A stretch of 64,000 bases of DNA from an uncultured delta proteobacterium (GTDB taxonomy: Bacteria; Myxococcota_A; Polyangia; Haliangiales; Haliangiaceae). Position numbers and translations under genes: made by a program. The notes below the pieces were generated by a model. The model was not told the DNA's origin. It made no database searches and worked only from the letters and a program-made list of their open reading frames with translations. Shown here piece by piece: positions 62,505 to 64,000 of this stretch; positions within the stretch are counted from its first letter, which is position 1, and each line of letters begins with the position of its first letter. The stretch is taken from positions 32,001 through 96,000 of the forward strand of contig CAVUQH010000004.1 in the NCBI GenBank assembly GCA_963743525.1, given 5' to 3'.

Positions 62505-62550
62505 CGCGATCGGATGTGTTCGCGGCCGGCCCTTTGTTAGGCTCCAGCCC

Positions 62551-63573
62551 ATGGAGCTCCTCACCCCGCCAGCCTCGGCCGCCCCGTTTGGACTGCGGGC
62601 CCTGGCGATGATCGCGCGCGCCGCCGACGGCGGTCTGGTCGACACCCACCGGGTCCTGCTCGACACGGCCCAGAAGCTGCTGCTGGGCACCGAGCTGGAC
62701 GTGGCCGCCGTGCCCGAGATCGATCCCGCGACCCTGCGCGAGCATTTCGCCGATCGCGCGCTGGCCAGGCAGCTGGTCCGCGGAATGCTCGTGGTGAGCC
62801 TGGCGGTCGGCCCGACGACGCCGGCGCAGATGGAGCTGATCGAACAGTTCGCCGACGCGCTGGGCATCGACGAGCCGGCGGTCGACGCCATCGAGCACCT
62901 CGCCCACGGCGAGATGGTCCGGTTCGTGCTCGACTTCCACCGGCGGTCGAACCTTCGCGACTACCTCGAAAACCAGTACCGCAACCAGGGCGGCCTGTTG
63001 GCCGTGATCAAGGGGCTGCTCGAGTTCCGGGGCGTCGTTCACGACGATGCGCTCGCCGCCCGCTTCGCCGCCCTGGGCGACCTCCCGGAGGAGACCCTCG
63101 GCCACGCCTTCTTCCACCACTACCGGCAGGCCGACTTCGCCTTCCCCGGCGAGCCGGGTGGCTTTCCCATGGGCGCCGTCTTTCACGACGCAGGTCACGT
63201 CCTGGCCGGCTACGACACCACCCCCGAGGGCGAGCTGCAGATCGCCTGCTTCCAGGCCGGCTACCGCCAATCGGACAACGCCTTCTTCACCATCCTGTTC
63301 GCGGTGCTGTTGCACACGGCGGGCATCAACATCGCGCCGCTGCCGATGCCCCATCACCCCGGTCGCATCGGCGAGGGCGACCTGGCCGCGCGCATGCTCC
63401 ACGCCCTGCGCCGGGGCTCGCAGGTCAACACCGACCTGGCGGACGGCTGGGATCTGTGGAGCCACGCCGAACTGCCGCTGGCGGAGGTGCGCCGCCGCCT
63501 CGGCGTGCCCGCGCTGGCCGCCGAGTTCCGCACCGGCGTGGGCGTGTATGGCCCGCCGATCGGCAACTGGTAG
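62551..63573 (+). CDS. TerB-like N-terminal domain + Coq4-like domain protein
   Basis: IARAADG and LADALGI-like helices. LPEETLG, FPGE and HDAGHVLAGYDTTPEGE (HDxxH...E Coq4-type motif). Confidence 0.72.
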   Translation: MELLTPPASAAPFGLRALAMIARAADGGLVDTHRVLLDTAQKLLLGTELDVAAVPEIDPATLREHFADRALARQLVRGMLVVSLAVGPTTPAQMELIEQFADALGIDEPAVDAIEHLAHGEMVRFVLDFHRRSNLRDYLENQYRNQGGLLAVIKGLLEFRGVVHDDALAARFAALGDLPEETLGHAFFHHYRQADFAFPGEPGGFPMGAVFHDAGHVLAGYDTTPEGELQIACFQAGYRQSDNAFFTILFAVLLHTAGINIAPLPMPHHPGRIGEGDLAARMLHALRRGSQVNTDLADGWDLWSHAELPLAEVRRRLGVPALAAEFRTGVGVYGPPIGNW

Positions 63574-63578
63574 TACGA

Positions 63579-64000
63579 CTAGCGCGACCGTCGCCGGTAG
63601 CGGGTCGCCCGGCCGACGCCGAGGCGCTCGACGTGGCCGTCGGCGACCAGCGCGCGCAAGGCGACGTTGAGCGCCGGGCGACTGACGTCGAGCCGGGACA
63701 GCAGCTCGCGCGGCGCCAGCGGCTCGGCATCGGCGCGAATGCACTGCAGCACGCGCTCGCGCACCGAGCTGGCTCCCTCGCCGCTGACGCCCGCGGCCCG
63801 ATCGGCCCGCGGCGGCTCGAGCACGCGGACGTCAACGGTCCGGCTGATGGACAGCAGCCCATCCTGAACCTCGAGCATCGCACCGGTGCCGGACGCGCAT
63901 TCGTCGAGCCAGCTGCGCAGTCGGTGCAGGGTGACGTGGATCTTGCCCTCGTGGCGGATCGGATCGTACGGCGCGCCCCACACCTCGGAGAACAGCTCTG
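63579..64000 (-). CDS. C-terminal part of a regulator with an OmpR/PhoB-type winged helix and a second HTH (5' end outside the window)
   Basis: ELFSEVWG...IHVTLHRLR and RELLSRLDVSRPALNVALRALVADGHVERLGVGRATRY. Confidence 0.72.
   Translation of the reverse strand, partial: ELFSEVWGAPYDPIRHEGKIHVTLHRLRSWLDECASGTGAMLEVQDGLLSISRTVDVRVLEPPRADRAAGVSGEGASSVRERVLQCIRADAEPLAPRELLSRLDVSRPALNVALRALVADGHVERLGVGRATRYRRRSR

Overview
This is GC-rich, gene-dense bacterial DNA with strong Myxococcota hallmarks: MYXO-CTERM sorting signals, Cys-rich and PEGA lipoproteins, six Hanks-type Ser/Thr kinases and sigma54-type promoters. About 47 genes are supported. I saw no rRNA, tRNA, CRISPR array or IS element. Two loci stand out. 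(1) At 13979-16430, a TetR-controlled operon encodes a class I SAM methyltransferase (CpaM-like) coupled to an HgcAB-like fusion (corrinoid-binding domain with NVWCAAGG cap helix, 4 TM helices, ferredoxin). This is a putative SAM/corrinoid methyl-transfer system of unknown substrate, with a clear operator and promoter. (2) At 41659-51532 lies an apparently complete cyclic-nucleotide signalling island. It has FecR, a giant OmpA/TSP3 repeat protein split by a 1-nt insertion, and a CHASE2 class III cyclase with guanylate-cyclase-type residues and a PilZ-like tail. It also has two cNMP-binding effectors (a Ser/Thr kinase and a GGDEF diguanylate cyclase) and an MBL-fold candidate phosphodiesterase. 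Other features: an actinobacterial-style AraC-VOC-UvrA2 cassette, a PHP-GT4/deacetylase/MMPL lipid-modification locus, a pair of convergent kinase-AAA paralogs, and -10 boxes 5-8 nt before many start codons, suggesting widespread leaderless transcription. All calls come from reading motifs by eye; no searches were run.
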